Source: a virus
Virus record (IMG/VR): IMGVR_UViG_3300034031_000046
Span: 1-64,000 of that record
Direction: 5' to 3' (one strand)
Length of the DNA: 64,000 nucleotides
Shown: one piece after another, positions 1-9,135 of the stretch
Layout: each line of letters starts with the position of its first letter
Numbering within the stretch: position 1 is the stretch's first letter
Notes under the pieces: generated by a model
What the model was told of the DNA's origin: nothing
Database searches by the model: none
Seen by the model: only the letters and a program-made list of their open reading frames with translations
Translations under genes and position numbers: made by a program

Positions 1-14
1 GGGAAGCGACTCTA

Positions 15-37
15 AGTACGGTCGAGCCGACCGTACT
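15..37. repeat. full palindromic site AGTACGGTCGA-GC-CGACCGTACT
   Basis: Two inverted copies of the dispersed half-site, 14 nt upstream of the first ATG. Confidence 0.9.
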
Positions 38-51
38 CTTTTCACAACACA

Positions 52-876
52 ATGAATTATTTTGAAAAAGACCCGTGCGAGCAGAGGAACTTGGCACCGT
101 ATGATGTCGAGCGTATCGCGCACGAGCTCGACGCAAAGTCCGTGTCTTCCGCTGTCGCTGTACCTCCTCTTGTCCCGACGCCGGTGCGGCCCTTTGTGAT
201 CGACCCGTTACTCATAGAAAGCGTCAATTTCAAACTGGGAGAGAAGACCTGGCTTTCGTGGGATCTGGCAAAACCCGACTCAGAGTTCACCTCGACGCGT
301 TTCTGCATGCCGGAGACGGATAAATTTGCATCGCAGATGTTCGATGGAGCGCCACTTTCCAAGGACTGGACCTTTTCCGCAGAGGACCTGCTCACGGCCA
401 CGACGCCCAGCCAGCCCCCCTACAGTTGCTTCACGGAAGGCTTCGATTTGAAGTTAGAGCTCAAGGAGAAACTGCCCGAGGCGTTTCGCGCGTATCTGGA
501 AAAGCCGATGCCAGCGGTGAGCATCCCTTCCCGCCCTGACGATCTCCCGTTCGGGATTTTTCACACCATGAACTACATGAGCGCGCTCTGTCCCGTCATA
601 CAGCGCCCCGGTCCCATTGTCCGATTCGATGTCCCCGGACCGCCTGTGCTCGCAATGAGCCTCGCGGAACTCCGCCAGTTCAATAAGGTGGCTGCCTACT
701 GGCTCAAGCGCGAGAAACGATTGTTCCGCTCGCATTATCCGCAGCGGCTCCTGACCGAAGCGCCGCGCCACTTTCACGGCGCCACAGGCGACGACCAACG
801 CTACTCGAAATGGCTCATGGCGCGAGAGAGACTTGTCGAACTGGCAGACCACCTGTTAGCCACTCGGGAGTCTTAG
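52..876 (+). CDS. hypothetical protein
   Basis: 274-aa ORF. ATG lies 14 nt after the palindromic site at 15-37. No SD and no motif recognised. Confidence 0.55.
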   Translation: MNYFEKDPCEQRNLAPYDVERIAHELDAKSVSSAVAVPPLVPTPVRPFVIDPLLIESVNFKLGEKTWLSWDLAKPDSEFTSTRFCMPETDKFASQMFDGAPLSKDWTFSAEDLLTATTPSQPPYSCFTEGFDLKLELKEKLPEAFRAYLEKPMPAVSIPSRPDDLPFGIFHTMNYMSALCPVIQRPGPIVRFDVPGPPVLAMSLAELRQFNKVAAYWLKREKRLFRSHYPQRLLTEAPRHFHGATGDDQRYSKWLMARERLVELADHLLATRES

Positions 877-1000
877 GTTCGGGAACCACGCGACTCCGGC
901 CTGCCGTCTAGGGTTTGACCGTCTTCTGCATTTCACTCGTGCGGGACCGTAAAACGAGCCGCCGGAACACCATCATAACCATCAGTCTATTGGAGGAACT

Positions 1001-1519
1001 ATGTCAGCATTAAGAGAACAGCTTTCGACAGCCAGCATCGCCACACTTGCGCTCGTGCACGGTGATCTGTCCCATGCTGTGAGCACACTGGACGAGCAGC
1101 GCGAGAACCTCGCTTTCGCCAACCCGCACCTTTCGACCATCGAAGAGGCGGTCGCCTCTGTGGAGAATTTCGAGCACGGCATCTCGCGCGAAGCCTTTCT
1201 CAACGAAATCGAGCGCATGCAGGTATATCTCCGCGAGAATGCCCTCAAAGTCGAACCCGGCGAGGGAGAAAGAGAAACGCCGGTCACTGACCTGTTTGCA
1301 CGGCTTCACCAGACGTGGCCGACACCGATCGGACGGCACAATATCACCTACAACGTCGATACCGACAAGCTCGAAGTTCGTGTCCTGATCGACGGCCTGT
1401 TCTCGACCTTCGTCTTGCTGAATGAAGACGAACTGGGCAAAGGTGCGGACCTGATTTTCGACTTTCAGCGCCTGCTGGAAGAAAAGAAGCGCAACGCGGC
1501 CATCGCTTCCGCGAACTAA
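1001..1519 (+). CDS. hypothetical protein
   Basis: 172-aa ORF with GGAGGA directly upstream of the ATG. No motif recognised. Confidence 0.6.
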   Translation: MSALREQLSTASIATLALVHGDLSHAVSTLDEQRENLAFANPHLSTIEEAVASVENFEHGISREAFLNEIERMQVYLRENALKVEPGEGERETPVTDLFARLHQTWPTPIGRHNITYNVDTDKLEVRVLIDGLFSTFVLLNEDELGKGADLIFDFQRLLEEKKRNAAIASAN

Positions 1520-1546
1520 GATCGACGCCACTCACAAGGAATTTTT

Positions 1547-2056
1547 ATGTCCGTTATTGCTATCCCCGCGAAATTTGCCGCCTCAGACGGCACTGCGTTC
1601 GATACCAGTGCTGAGGCCGAACGTCACGACAGGCTAGTAAACGCCGTTCGTGGCCTCGCCAGTGCTAAGAAAGAGTTCGTGCGAGCGCTCGTAGAAACGC
1701 AAAAGACAGCCGATGGAAAGATATTCAGTCTGCGACCGAGCGCACGGTACTTTTACATCACCTCCGGCTTTCACGGCATGCCCACTCTCGTTTCCGTGCC
1801 GTGGTTTGGCGGCGACTTTGAACTGTGCGATTATTTCGACAATCACCGGACAAATTCGGTTTCCGTCAGGATAAAAACGATCAACCTGTCGTTAAGCTCG
1901 CGGGAAACTTCCAACGAGACGCAAACCTATCGCATTTCAGATCTGTACGCGTCTGAAGAGGCAGCGCGTGTCGAGCTTCTCAAGCAGCAGGAAGAGTGGT
2001 TGTCAAAGCGTGCCGCCGAAGTCAAAGAGCTTCGTGATGCGCTGGAGCCGAAATGA
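1547..2056 (+). CDS. hypothetical protein
   Basis: 169-aa ORF. Its AAGGAATTTTT-ATG start context recurs at several genes in this window. Confidence 0.6.
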   Translation: MSVIAIPAKFAASDGTAFDTSAEAERHDRLVNAVRGLASAKKEFVRALVETQKTADGKIFSLRPSARYFYITSGFHGMPTLVSVPWFGGDFELCDYFDNHRTNSVSVRIKTINLSLSSRETSNETQTYRISDLYASEEAARVELLKQQEEWLSKRAAEVKELRDALEPK

Positions 2057-2247
2057 CGAAGCGAGAGCGGCGTGCACGCGCCCTGCTTCAATCGGCTCAG
2101 TTCCTGCGAGGTGATCTGCTTCAACGGATTGACGATGAACGCCCGACAGGCGACGCCGCGAAAATTTACTCCGAAGTCCGAGATATCGCCGATGAGTTAG
2201 AGGCGCGCGGTGACGCCATTCTAGACCGCATGGAAGCCCAAAAATGA
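2053..2247 (+). CDS. hypothetical small protein
   Basis: 64 aa. ATGA stop/start overlaps with both neighbours suggest translational coupling. Confidence 0.5.
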   Translation: MTKRERRARALLQSAQFLRGDLLQRIDDERPTGDAAKIYSEVRDIADELEARGDAILDRMEAQK

Positions 2248-2768
2248 ACACCGACGCCCAACTCCACTTTCCGTTGTGGCCCTTTCCTCTGGGCGCTCTC
2301 ACTGTCGAAGTCGAAGAGAGCGACCTCGCCGAAGGGGTACGCTGCAACACGAAGCTGTGCCCTCTCGCGCTCGCGGTGAACCGCGCGACTGGCTGGTTCT
2401 GGTCGCTCTCGCGGACGAACGGCATTGCGCTCAACCTGCATCCCGGCCAGCGTTGCTGGTTCTACCTGCCCCAAGCCGCGTTCGAGCAGCAGCGCCGCAT
2501 CGACCAGAACGAATCGGTGTCTCCCTTTCGTTTCGACATCAATATCGAAATCGCGCCCGAGTATCTGCCACCCGATGAACGTCGTCAGTTCTATTTCAAA
2601 CGCGGCTACCTCGCGCCCGATTGGGGCACTTGGGGCACAACGCGCATCGAAGAGTGGATGCGTCAAACCAACGTGCCCATCAAGAGCAGCTTTCACCCGT
2701 TCTACATGCACTGTAGCGAAGGCCCTGAAGCCTATCTCAATAATTTGCAGAAAACAGGAGCAATATGA
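2244..2768 (+). CDS. hypothetical protein
   Basis: 174-aa ORF, ATGA-coupled at both ends. Confidence 0.6.
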   Translation: MNTDAQLHFPLWPFPLGALTVEVEESDLAEGVRCNTKLCPLALAVNRATGWFWSLSRTNGIALNLHPGQRCWFYLPQAAFEQQRRIDQNESVSPFRFDINIEIAPEYLPPDERRQFYFKRGYLAPDWGTWGTTRIEEWMRQTNVPIKSSFHPFYMHCSEGPEAYLNNLQKTGAI

Positions 2769-3346
2769 ATCCGGTCCCCCTCCAATTGCCTGACGGCCAG
2801 CCCGCAGGCGTTTTTATGTGTTCACAGTGCCAGCGAACCGACACCATCGAAGAGATCGTGCAGGTCTGCTGTGCTCCCAAGGCATGCACCGATTGCGGCG
2901 TGCCCATGAAATACCCTGGCCGCTGTGTCTCTTGTTCCGATGCCTATCTTCTGACTCAGGCCCAAAAACTGGAAACATGGGACGGGCGCGTTTATTTCGA
3001 TGCTCAGGAACGATTCTTTGAGAATCTGGGAGAGTTCGTCGCATGGCTGGACGAAGATGGACCGGGCGTTCCCGCTGTCCGCCCCGAGTGGGTTTCGATT
3101 GCTACCGACCAAGAGTTTCCCGCTCTCGACGCCGGCGATATCTTTCAGGAACTGGAAGAGCAAATGTTCAATGAAGCGGCGGAGGACTTCAACGGCAAGG
3201 TAGAGTTTCGCGCCGCCTGCGAAGCGTTCAACGAAGTCAATCGCGGCATCGACTGGTATCAGTCCGATCACACTCGCGTCGTTCGCGTGCCGCCTGCGGG
3301 CGTCCCAACTACTGCCGACACTGTGGCCGCTGCCGCCTCATTATGA
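2765..3346 (+). CDS. Cys-rich (zinc-ribbon-like) protein
   Basis: Paired cysteines in the first 60 aa (CSQC, CC, CTDC, CVSC). ATGA coupling. Confidence 0.55.
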   Translation: MNPVPLQLPDGQPAGVFMCSQCQRTDTIEEIVQVCCAPKACTDCGVPMKYPGRCVSCSDAYLLTQAQKLETWDGRVYFDAQERFFENLGEFVAWLDEDGPGVPAVRPEWVSIATDQEFPALDAGDIFQELEEQMFNEAAEDFNGKVEFRAACEAFNEVNRGIDWYQSDHTRVVRVPPAGVPTTADTVAAAASL

Positions 3347-4044
3347 CCACTTCTTCCCTGCCCTCCCTCACGGCCACGCCGCTGGCGCTGCACACCGAAG
3401 CCATGGAACTCGCCGAACAGGCCGACCGGTGTCGCCGTGAGGGGGAGAAGGACGATGCGCGCGAGCTCTACAGCCGCGCCTTCGACCTGAGCCGCTACGT
3501 TGCCAACATCTTGTATGACAGCACCGGGTGTGAGCCAACGCGGAGTACTGTGCACCGCAGTGCAGCATGGCTCGCGCTGGAAGCGGGCAGTATTGAGGCG
3601 GCGGAATCCCTGATTTGCGACGGGATGAACGGGCAGCCGCCGGAAGAGATCGAGCACGAGTTGCTGGAAGTGCAGAGGGCCTGTCTGGAGAAGCGCTGCG
3701 ACCGGATCGCGGAAACGCTGCGCCGCCATCGCTATCTCTACAATGACGAGAAACAACTGCAGGACCACATCGAGCGGATATTCCACGAAGCCGGTATTGA
3801 GGCCGAGAGAGAGTACCGCCTCACGGCGCGCGATATTCCCGATTTCTTTACACGCGGCCACATCGCCGTCGAAGTCAAAGTGCAGGGCAGTCAGGCCGCG
3901 CACCTGCGCCAACTCAAACGCTACGCCGATCACCAAGACGTTTCCGCCGTTGTGCTCGTCACGCGACGCGGCGGAGATATGCCTGACACACTCTCGGGCA
4001 AGCCGTTCCGCTGCGTGAGCCTGTGGCGCAATATGATGGGCTAA
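3343..4044 (+). CDS. putative PD-(D/E)xK nuclease-fold protein
   Basis: C-terminal RDIPDFF..HIAVEVKV fits a D..ExK restriction-endonuclease-like core. N-terminus is helical. Confidence 0.4.
   Translation: MTTSSLPSLTATPLALHTEAMELAEQADRCRREGEKDDARELYSRAFDLSRYVANILYDSTGCEPTRSTVHRSAAWLALEAGSIEAAESLICDGMNGQPPEEIEHELLEVQRACLEKRCDRIAETLRRHRYLYNDEKQLQDHIERIFHEAGIEAEREYRLTARDIPDFFTRGHIAVEVKVQGSQAAHLRQLKRYADHQDVSAVVLVTRRGGDMPDTLSGKPFRCVSLWRNMMG
3550..3565. promoter_or_regulatory. GTGCAC-CGCA-GTGCAG imperfect variant
   Basis: Inside CDS 3343-4044. Confidence 0.35.
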
Positions 4045-4046
4045 TT

Positions 4047-4057
4047 TCGACCGTACT
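4047..4057 (+). repeat. TCGACCGTACT half-site
   Basis: Exact 11-mer within a 27-nt box (TAATTTCGACCGTACTTTTCTTATGAA) duplicated at 4428-4454. Confidence 0.9.
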
Positions 4058-4063
4058 TTTCTT

Positions 4064-4408
4064 ATGAACATTCCCCTGTCTTCCCAGAACGCTGAAACAC
4101 TCTGGTTGCGAAACGAACTTAAAGTATTCAATACGTGCAACATGACCACGATGCAAATTGCACCAATGGTCCCACCGGGTGAATTCGCGCGTATCGCGGC
4201 ACCTAATTCGGATGCCGCGCCGCTCTTGGTTCAAGACATCAGCGGGCGGGTGATTCTGACCGTAACGGCTGATGGTAAAACCGAATATGACCCGGCGGAT
4301 ACCGATGAGGTTATCAGGCGTCTGGCAGCTTGTACCCTGACTCTGGTGCCACGCCCCGACATCTGGAGCGTTCGAGAAAAACTGTTACAAGGACCAGCCA
4401 CGTCGTAA
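4064..4408 (+). CDS. hypothetical protein
   Basis: 114 aa. ATG is 6 nt after the TAATTTCGACCGTACTTTTCTT box. No SD. Confidence 0.5.
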   Translation: MNIPLSSQNAETLWLRNELKVFNTCNMTTMQIAPMVPPGEFARIAAPNSDAAPLLVQDISGRVILTVTADGKTEYDPADTDEVIRRLAACTLTLVPRPDIWSVREKLLQGPATS

Positions 4409-4433
4409 TAGCACGCAGGCTGACGGGTTAATT

Positions 4434-4444
4434 TCGACCGTACT
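4434..4444 (+). repeat. TCGACCGTACT half-site
   Basis: Exact 11-mer, 6 nt before the ATG at 4451. Confidence 0.9.
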
Positions 4445-4450
4445 TTTCTT

Positions 4451-4858
4451 ATGAAAACGAGACGAAAACTGAGTGCGCTTGAGTTTGCTGAACGGCAAAA
4501 CGCGCGCAACAAAACAATCGAGAACAAAGAGGGTGCGGCGTGGCATCGGGCAGCGGATGAATTGCCGCCACTCGGTGGCTACGTGGATAACTGCTTCGGT
4601 GAACCGCGCCTCGTTTCGCATTTCGTCGTCGCCCTGAGCCAGTCGAGGGCACCCCTGCCGTTCGTCGCCTATTACGATTACACGGCGTGTACTTGGCGCA
4701 CCTGCCGCAGAACCTCGCGCTGGCTGCGGTGGTGGCCGATGCGCGTGTGGGTCTTTCCTCGCTTTAATCCGCCCGCCTCTGTCGTGCTATGGTCGCACCT
4801 ACCTGACACTCCCGTCACGCGAAAGGCCATCGACGGCATTTACGACAGTCACAAATAA
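4451..4858 (+). CDS. hypothetical protein
   Basis: 135 aa. The box and spacing are near-identical to those upstream of 4064. No SD. Confidence 0.5.
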   Translation: MKTRRKLSALEFAERQNARNKTIENKEGAAWHRAADELPPLGGYVDNCFGEPRLVSHFVVALSQSRAPLPFVAYYDYTACTWRTCRRTSRWLRWWPMRVWVFPRFNPPASVVLWSHLPDTPVTRKAIDGIYDSHK

Positions 4859-4884
4859 ACGCGCTCCGGCGCACTGAGGAACCA

Positions 4885-5553
4885 ATGCCCCGCTTTACCA
4901 AAAATCCTATTCTTTCCGAACGATTCGGAATCGCCCTGAACCATGCCGCCGTGTTGCACTTCTATCAGGTGCGCAAAGGCCCGCTCTCGAAAAACACGCC
5001 CTATCTCGCTCACCTGATGGGCGTCGCCGCGCTCGTGCTCGAAGACGGCGGCAACGAGGACGAAGCGATTGCCGCTCTCCTGCATGACAGCGCCGAAGAT
5101 ATCGGCGCCAACACCATCGATACGATTCGCCAACTCTTCGGCCCGCGCGTCGTGGAGATCGTGATGGAATGCAGCGATAGCGGCCTGACGCTGGACGAGA
5201 AGCTGCCGTGGCGGGAACGCAAAGAAGTTCACCTGCAGCACGCGCGCACGATGAGCGAGAGTGGCCTCAAGGTTTTGCTGGCCGACAAGCGCTACAATCT
5301 CGAATCGCTCATCTCCGAGTGGAACGAACTGGGCAACGAGATCTGGGAGCACTTCAACGCCGGAAAAGAAAACACGCTCTGGTACTATCACGAAATGGAC
5401 GCGATCTTTCAGTGGCGGTGCGAGGGCCGAATGCAGCAGGAATTCAGCGACCGGCTGGAACGCTGGGCGCGTGATATCGCCCGGCGCTCCATGGCCGAGC
5501 ATGGGCTGCTCGACTCCAGCCGGTTTCCCCTTGGGGCGGGTGCTGCCGAATGA
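4885..5553 (+). CDS. HD-domain (p)ppGpp hydrolase-like protein (SpoT/Mesh1-type small alarmone hydrolase)
   Basis: HLMGVA..AALLHDSAEDIG..FGPRVVEIV..LADKRYNL matches the H/HD/ED/D-x-x-N signature of RelA-SpoT hydrolase domains. No synthetase domain. GAGGA RBS. Confidence 0.8.
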   Translation: MPRFTKNPILSERFGIALNHAAVLHFYQVRKGPLSKNTPYLAHLMGVAALVLEDGGNEDEAIAALLHDSAEDIGANTIDTIRQLFGPRVVEIVMECSDSGLTLDEKLPWRERKEVHLQHARTMSESGLKVLLADKRYNLESLISEWNELGNEIWEHFNAGKENTLWYYHEMDAIFQWRCEGRMQQEFSDRLERWARDIARRSMAEHGLLDSSRFPLGAGAAE

Positions 5554-7214
5554 CCACGCGTACTTATGGCGAGATTCGCCTCGATGGTGATGTTTGGCGC
5601 ATCAAGGCTGAACCGCACGTCACGATGCGCCTTAAACAGGTCTTTTCGCGCATCAACAAGCACAAGCATGGCGATGTCGTGGTTCGCAATACGCCCGAGA
5701 TGTGTCGCGACCTGTTGTGGTTTCTGGACCGGTTTCCTCTCCATGTGCACCATCCGCAAGAACTCCGCGCCGGCAGTGATTTTTATGTCCAGACACTCGA
5801 AGAGCTTGAGGCCATCAAGCACCCGGACTTCGTGTCGCGCACCTTCACGTTGACCGAGCCGCTGCGCCAATACCAGGTGGAAGCGAACGAAGTCTATCTG
5901 CGCGTCAAGGGATTGCTCGTCGGCGACGTTGTCGGACTGGGGAAGACCGTGACTGCGATTGGCTCCTTTACGCAGCCGGAAGCCCAGCCCGCGCTCGTCG
6001 TGGTCAAGCCGCATCTGGCGCGACAATGGCGCGAAGCGGTCCAGCATTTCATGCCCGAGGCGAACCCGCACATCATCAAGCAGCGGAAATACTACGATCT
6101 GCCCTCGTCCAGCGTTTACATCATCACCTATCACAAGATGGATGCGTGGGTGGAACCGCTCAAGGGCCTCATCAAGTCGATTACATTCGATGAAGTGCAG
6201 GAACTGCGGCACAGCGACACCGCGCGCTATTCCGCCGCGAAGATGCTCCGTTCTCAGGTGGACTTTGGCCTCGCCCTCAGTGCGTCCCCGATCTACGGCT
6301 ACGGCGGCGAAGCGTTCAATATCTTCGACATCGTTCGCCCCGGTTTTCTGGGTGACAGAGAGGAGTTCGTTCGCGAGTGGTGTTGCACCCGTGGTGACAA
6401 GATTCTTCTCAGCAACCCTGATGCTTTTGGCACCTATCTCCGCGACAACCATCTGATGTTACGCCGCACCCGCTCCGAAGTCGGGCGCGAGTTGCCGCCG
6501 CTTCAGACCGTGGTGGAAGATGTCGAACACGACAGCAAGATGCTCGCAAGTATCGACGCGCTCGCGACCGAGCTCGCGCACCGCATTCTTTCCTCCGATA
6601 CCGAGTATTTCGAGCGAGGACAGGCCGCGCGCGAATTCGATATGCGGCTGCGCCAGATCACCGGCATTGCGAAAGCGCCCTATGTCGCCGCCTATGTCCA
6701 GATGCTGGTCGAGGGAGGGGAAACGGTCCTGCTCGGCGGCTGGCATCGTGAGGTGTATTCCATCTGGGAGCACCACCTCACCAAGGCGGGCATCCCGATC
6801 TGCTACTACACCGGCAGCGAGTCTCCAGCACAGAAAGAAACGTCGAAGCAAAAGTTCCTGTCGGGAGAAGCGAAAGTGATGTTTATGTCGCTGCGTTCCG
6901 GTGATGGTGTGGACGGCTTGCAGGAGGTGTGCAGCGTCGGCGTCATTGGCGAGTTGGACTGGTCGCCTGCGGTTCACGACCAGTTCTTTGGCCGCCTCGC
7001 GCGGGACGGCCAGAAGAATCCAGTTCTCGCGGTTTACGCGGTTTCGGATTCAGGGAGTGACCCGACGGTTGCCAACATCGTCGGCATCAAGAGGACGCAG
7101 TCCGCCGGTATCACCGACCCCGGCGAAGAACGAATTCTCGGCATCCAAAACGATGGTGCGGGACGGGTGACCCTGCTGGCAAAACGTTATCTCAAACAAA
7201 AGGCGGTCAAATGA
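5550..7214 (+). CDS. SNF2-family helicase
   Basis: GDVVGLGKT (motif I), FDEVQELR (DExQ/H box), LSASPIYGYGGEAFNIF (motif III) and ELDWSPAVHDQFFGRLARDGQ (motifs V-VI). Confidence 0.85.
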   Translation: MTTRTYGEIRLDGDVWRIKAEPHVTMRLKQVFSRINKHKHGDVVVRNTPEMCRDLLWFLDRFPLHVHHPQELRAGSDFYVQTLEELEAIKHPDFVSRTFTLTEPLRQYQVEANEVYLRVKGLLVGDVVGLGKTVTAIGSFTQPEAQPALVVVKPHLARQWREAVQHFMPEANPHIIKQRKYYDLPSSSVYIITYHKMDAWVEPLKGLIKSITFDEVQELRHSDTARYSAAKMLRSQVDFGLALSASPIYGYGGEAFNIFDIVRPGFLGDREEFVREWCCTRGDKILLSNPDAFGTYLRDNHLMLRRTRSEVGRELPPLQTVVEDVEHDSKMLASIDALATELAHRILSSDTEYFERGQAAREFDMRLRQITGIAKAPYVAAYVQMLVEGGETVLLGGWHREVYSIWEHHLTKAGIPICYYTGSESPAQKETSKQKFLSGEAKVMFMSLRSGDGVDGLQEVCSVGVIGELDWSPAVHDQFFGRLARDGQKNPVLAVYAVSDSGSDPTVANIVGIKRTQSAGITDPGEERILGIQNDGAGRVTLLAKRYLKQKAVK

Positions 7215-7759
7215 ACGACACCTATCGATGTCAGGAATGCAGTTTTGAGGGTGAGACGAATGTCGCCCAACTGGAAATGGCCTATGGGCGGCCAAAGCTG
7301 CAATGCGACGGTTGCGGACGTTCCATCTGTCTTGTGAAGCCTTCGACTGAAGGGCACAGGTTGTCTGAGGAGATGCTGTCTGAGACAGGCACAGAGGAAA
7401 ATCTGACCGAAGCAGAGAGAGTGAAACAATACTTGGATAAACGCGAAATACGTCAGCGAGAGAACTTTAAAATTGAAGAACTTCTCTTGGCGCAATGCAA
7501 GACCGAACTAGACACTGATCTCTATGACTGGGCTACCAGTTCGTCCGGTTTTTCTGGCATCGCTTGGCGCTACGGCGCAGACGGATTAAGCGGAGAGCGA
7601 ATTACGTTCATGAAAATGATGCACGATTGGTTTCCGGGGCAAAAAGACACTTGCCTCGGGAGCTTTGGCTCATGCCGTCTTGTAGCACTGTGGATTGCGA
7701 AAAATGATCCTGAGTGGGCGAGAAACGACATCAAGAGAATAGAAGGGGTCAAAGGATGA
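7211..7759 (+). CDS. hypothetical protein with N-terminal zinc ribbon
   Basis: CQEC..17..CDGC at the N-terminus. ATGA coupling on both sides. Confidence 0.55.
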   Translation: MNDTYRCQECSFEGETNVAQLEMAYGRPKLQCDGCGRSICLVKPSTEGHRLSEEMLSETGTEENLTEAERVKQYLDKREIRQRENFKIEELLLAQCKTELDTDLYDWATSSSGFSGIAWRYGADGLSGERITFMKMMHDWFPGQKDTCLGSFGSCRLVALWIAKNDPEWARNDIKRIEGVKG

Positions 7760-8328
7760 GAATCGTGTTTTTGGACGTGGACGGCGTGATGAATTCGCAC
7801 CGTCATTTCGCAGCGATGCGACGCGATGGCCGTCCGCCTGTTCCTCAGTCAGTTCATCACCTCTACCACAGCGGCGACGGGCGCATGCCGCTGAGCTATC
7901 ACTTCGACCCCGAGGCGATGGCCGCGCTCAATCACATCATCGAAAAGACCCGCGCCCGCGTCGTTATCAGCAGCACATGGCGCGACTGGAAGCTGACCGA
8001 ACTTCATCAGCACTTTGCATGGCAGGGCTACAGAGGCCCGCGCTTTTTTAGCCGGACACCGAATGGCGGCGGAGTCGCGACGGCGTTGGATAAGCGCCAC
8101 GGCTTTAAGTTGGCTCAAGGCTCGTCGATAATTTACGCCTCGATTTCGCGCGGTGCAGAAATCGACTGGTGGCTCAAAAACGTGGGCATCCGCCACTGTG
8201 TCACCTCGCATGTGATTCTCGACGATGAATCATCAATGGCGATGCATACAGACCGGCTGGTTCAAACCGATGCCCAGTTCGGACTGACCATGGCACAGGC
8301 AGAACGTGCCGTTGCAATGCTCTCGTAA
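7756..8328 (+). CDS. HAD-superfamily phosphatase (RNA-repair-associated HAD type)
   Basis: MRIVFLDVDGVMNS (DxDGV nucleophile motif), VVISSTWR and HVILDD. Start chosen at the ATG overlapping the upstream stop, not the longer 7714 ORF. Confidence 0.65.
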   Translation: MRIVFLDVDGVMNSHRHFAAMRRDGRPPVPQSVHHLYHSGDGRMPLSYHFDPEAMAALNHIIEKTRARVVISSTWRDWKLTELHQHFAWQGYRGPRFFSRTPNGGGVATALDKRHGFKLAQGSSIIYASISRGAEIDWWLKNVGIRHCVTSHVILDDESSMAMHTDRLVQTDAQFGLTMAQAERAVAMLS

Positions 8329-8393
8329 GCGAACTGCCAGGACAAATCGCGCACGGGAACGTGCGGGCGCAGGGTGCCGTCCAAGGTGCGCAA

Positions 8394-8417
8394 AGTACGG
8401 TCGGACTCGACCGTACT
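8394..8417. repeat. full palindromic site AGTACGGTCG-GAC-TCGACCGTACT
   Basis: Second inverted-pair copy, 14 nt before the GTG at 8432. Confidence 0.9.
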
Positions 8418-8431
8418 CTTCAGGAGATTTT

Positions 8432-9109
8432 GTGAGCATTCCTCCCTACCCACCCGAATCGACCGCCCCATCCATTAACGACGCTCAGATTATCTACATG
8501 GGCCAGAAAGCGCGCGTTTGCTGTGATCGCCAGTGCGGCAAAGCGTGGGGCATCAATAACCGCCCCCAAATTCAACTTTCCGAGGAGGACGAAGACGACA
8601 CGGTCTGGCTCAGTGATGGCGAACTGGGTGACGCTCCTAGCGAACCCGGCACTTGGGAAGACGGTTACGGCAAACCGTCCACACCGGACGCCTTTCCCAA
8701 CAAATGGTGCGTTCGCGAGTGTGAGCGCAGCGCAATGTCAGAACCGGGGCGATTCGATGAACCCGTCGAATTGCCGCGTCTCGACGTGCGCCTCTATAAT
8801 CAGCCATCAAAGCACCCCGAAGCAGCAGAATCGCAGAGAAAGACTCCTGTGACTATTGCCGACGACAAACGACTGTCGTTTGATGAGGTGCTCAAAGCGG
8901 CATCGAGTAACCCGGCATTCGTAGCGCAGTTCAATCGTCTCACCGGCTGCGATTTTGGGCGCTCTCTACGCCGCACGCCGATTGAAGTCATGATCGATCA
9001 ATCGACGGGATTTTCCGGTGAGGATGCTGACGACCTCGCGCTCTTTATCGCCGTGGTCTATGACCTCCTCTGGTGCCGTCTGCCGCCCGAACTGTTGAAC
9101 GGTTCGTAG
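8432..9109 (+). CDS. hypothetical protein
   Basis: GTG start 14 nt after the palindromic site at 8394-8417. The longer 8306 ORF would read through that site. Confidence 0.5.
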   Translation: MSIPPYPPESTAPSINDAQIIYMGQKARVCCDRQCGKAWGINNRPQIQLSEEDEDDTVWLSDGELGDAPSEPGTWEDGYGKPSTPDAFPNKWCVRECERSAMSEPGRFDEPVELPRLDVRLYNQPSKHPEAAESQRKTPVTIADDKRLSFDEVLKAASSNPAFVAQFNRLTGCDFGRSLRRTPIEVMIDQSTGFSGEDADDLALFIAVVYDLLWCRLPPELLNGS

Positions 9110-9135
9110 CCCCAACCCCAACTCAAGGAGAATTT

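Noticed and set aside
5409-6452. Long antisense ORFs opposite motif-bearing genes: 5409-6452(-), 31896-33506(-), 33615-34607(-), 46976-48073(+), 55818-57008(-), 58609-59796(-) and 20739-21854(-).
   Set aside because: Each overlaps a gene on the other strand that carries clear catalytic or structural motifs. Their translations are Arg/Ala/Gly-rich and low in complexity. They lack an RBS. These are typical GC-rich shadow ORFs.
8306-8431. The upstream extension of ORF 8306-9109, and similar extensions at 7714, 9073, 13313, 14082, 15713, 23226, 27202, 44510, 48127, 53615, 54592 and 55491.
   Set aside because: The extensions read through conserved intergenic motifs or overlap the preceding gene. 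Downstream in-frame starts have an RBS or ATGA coupling.
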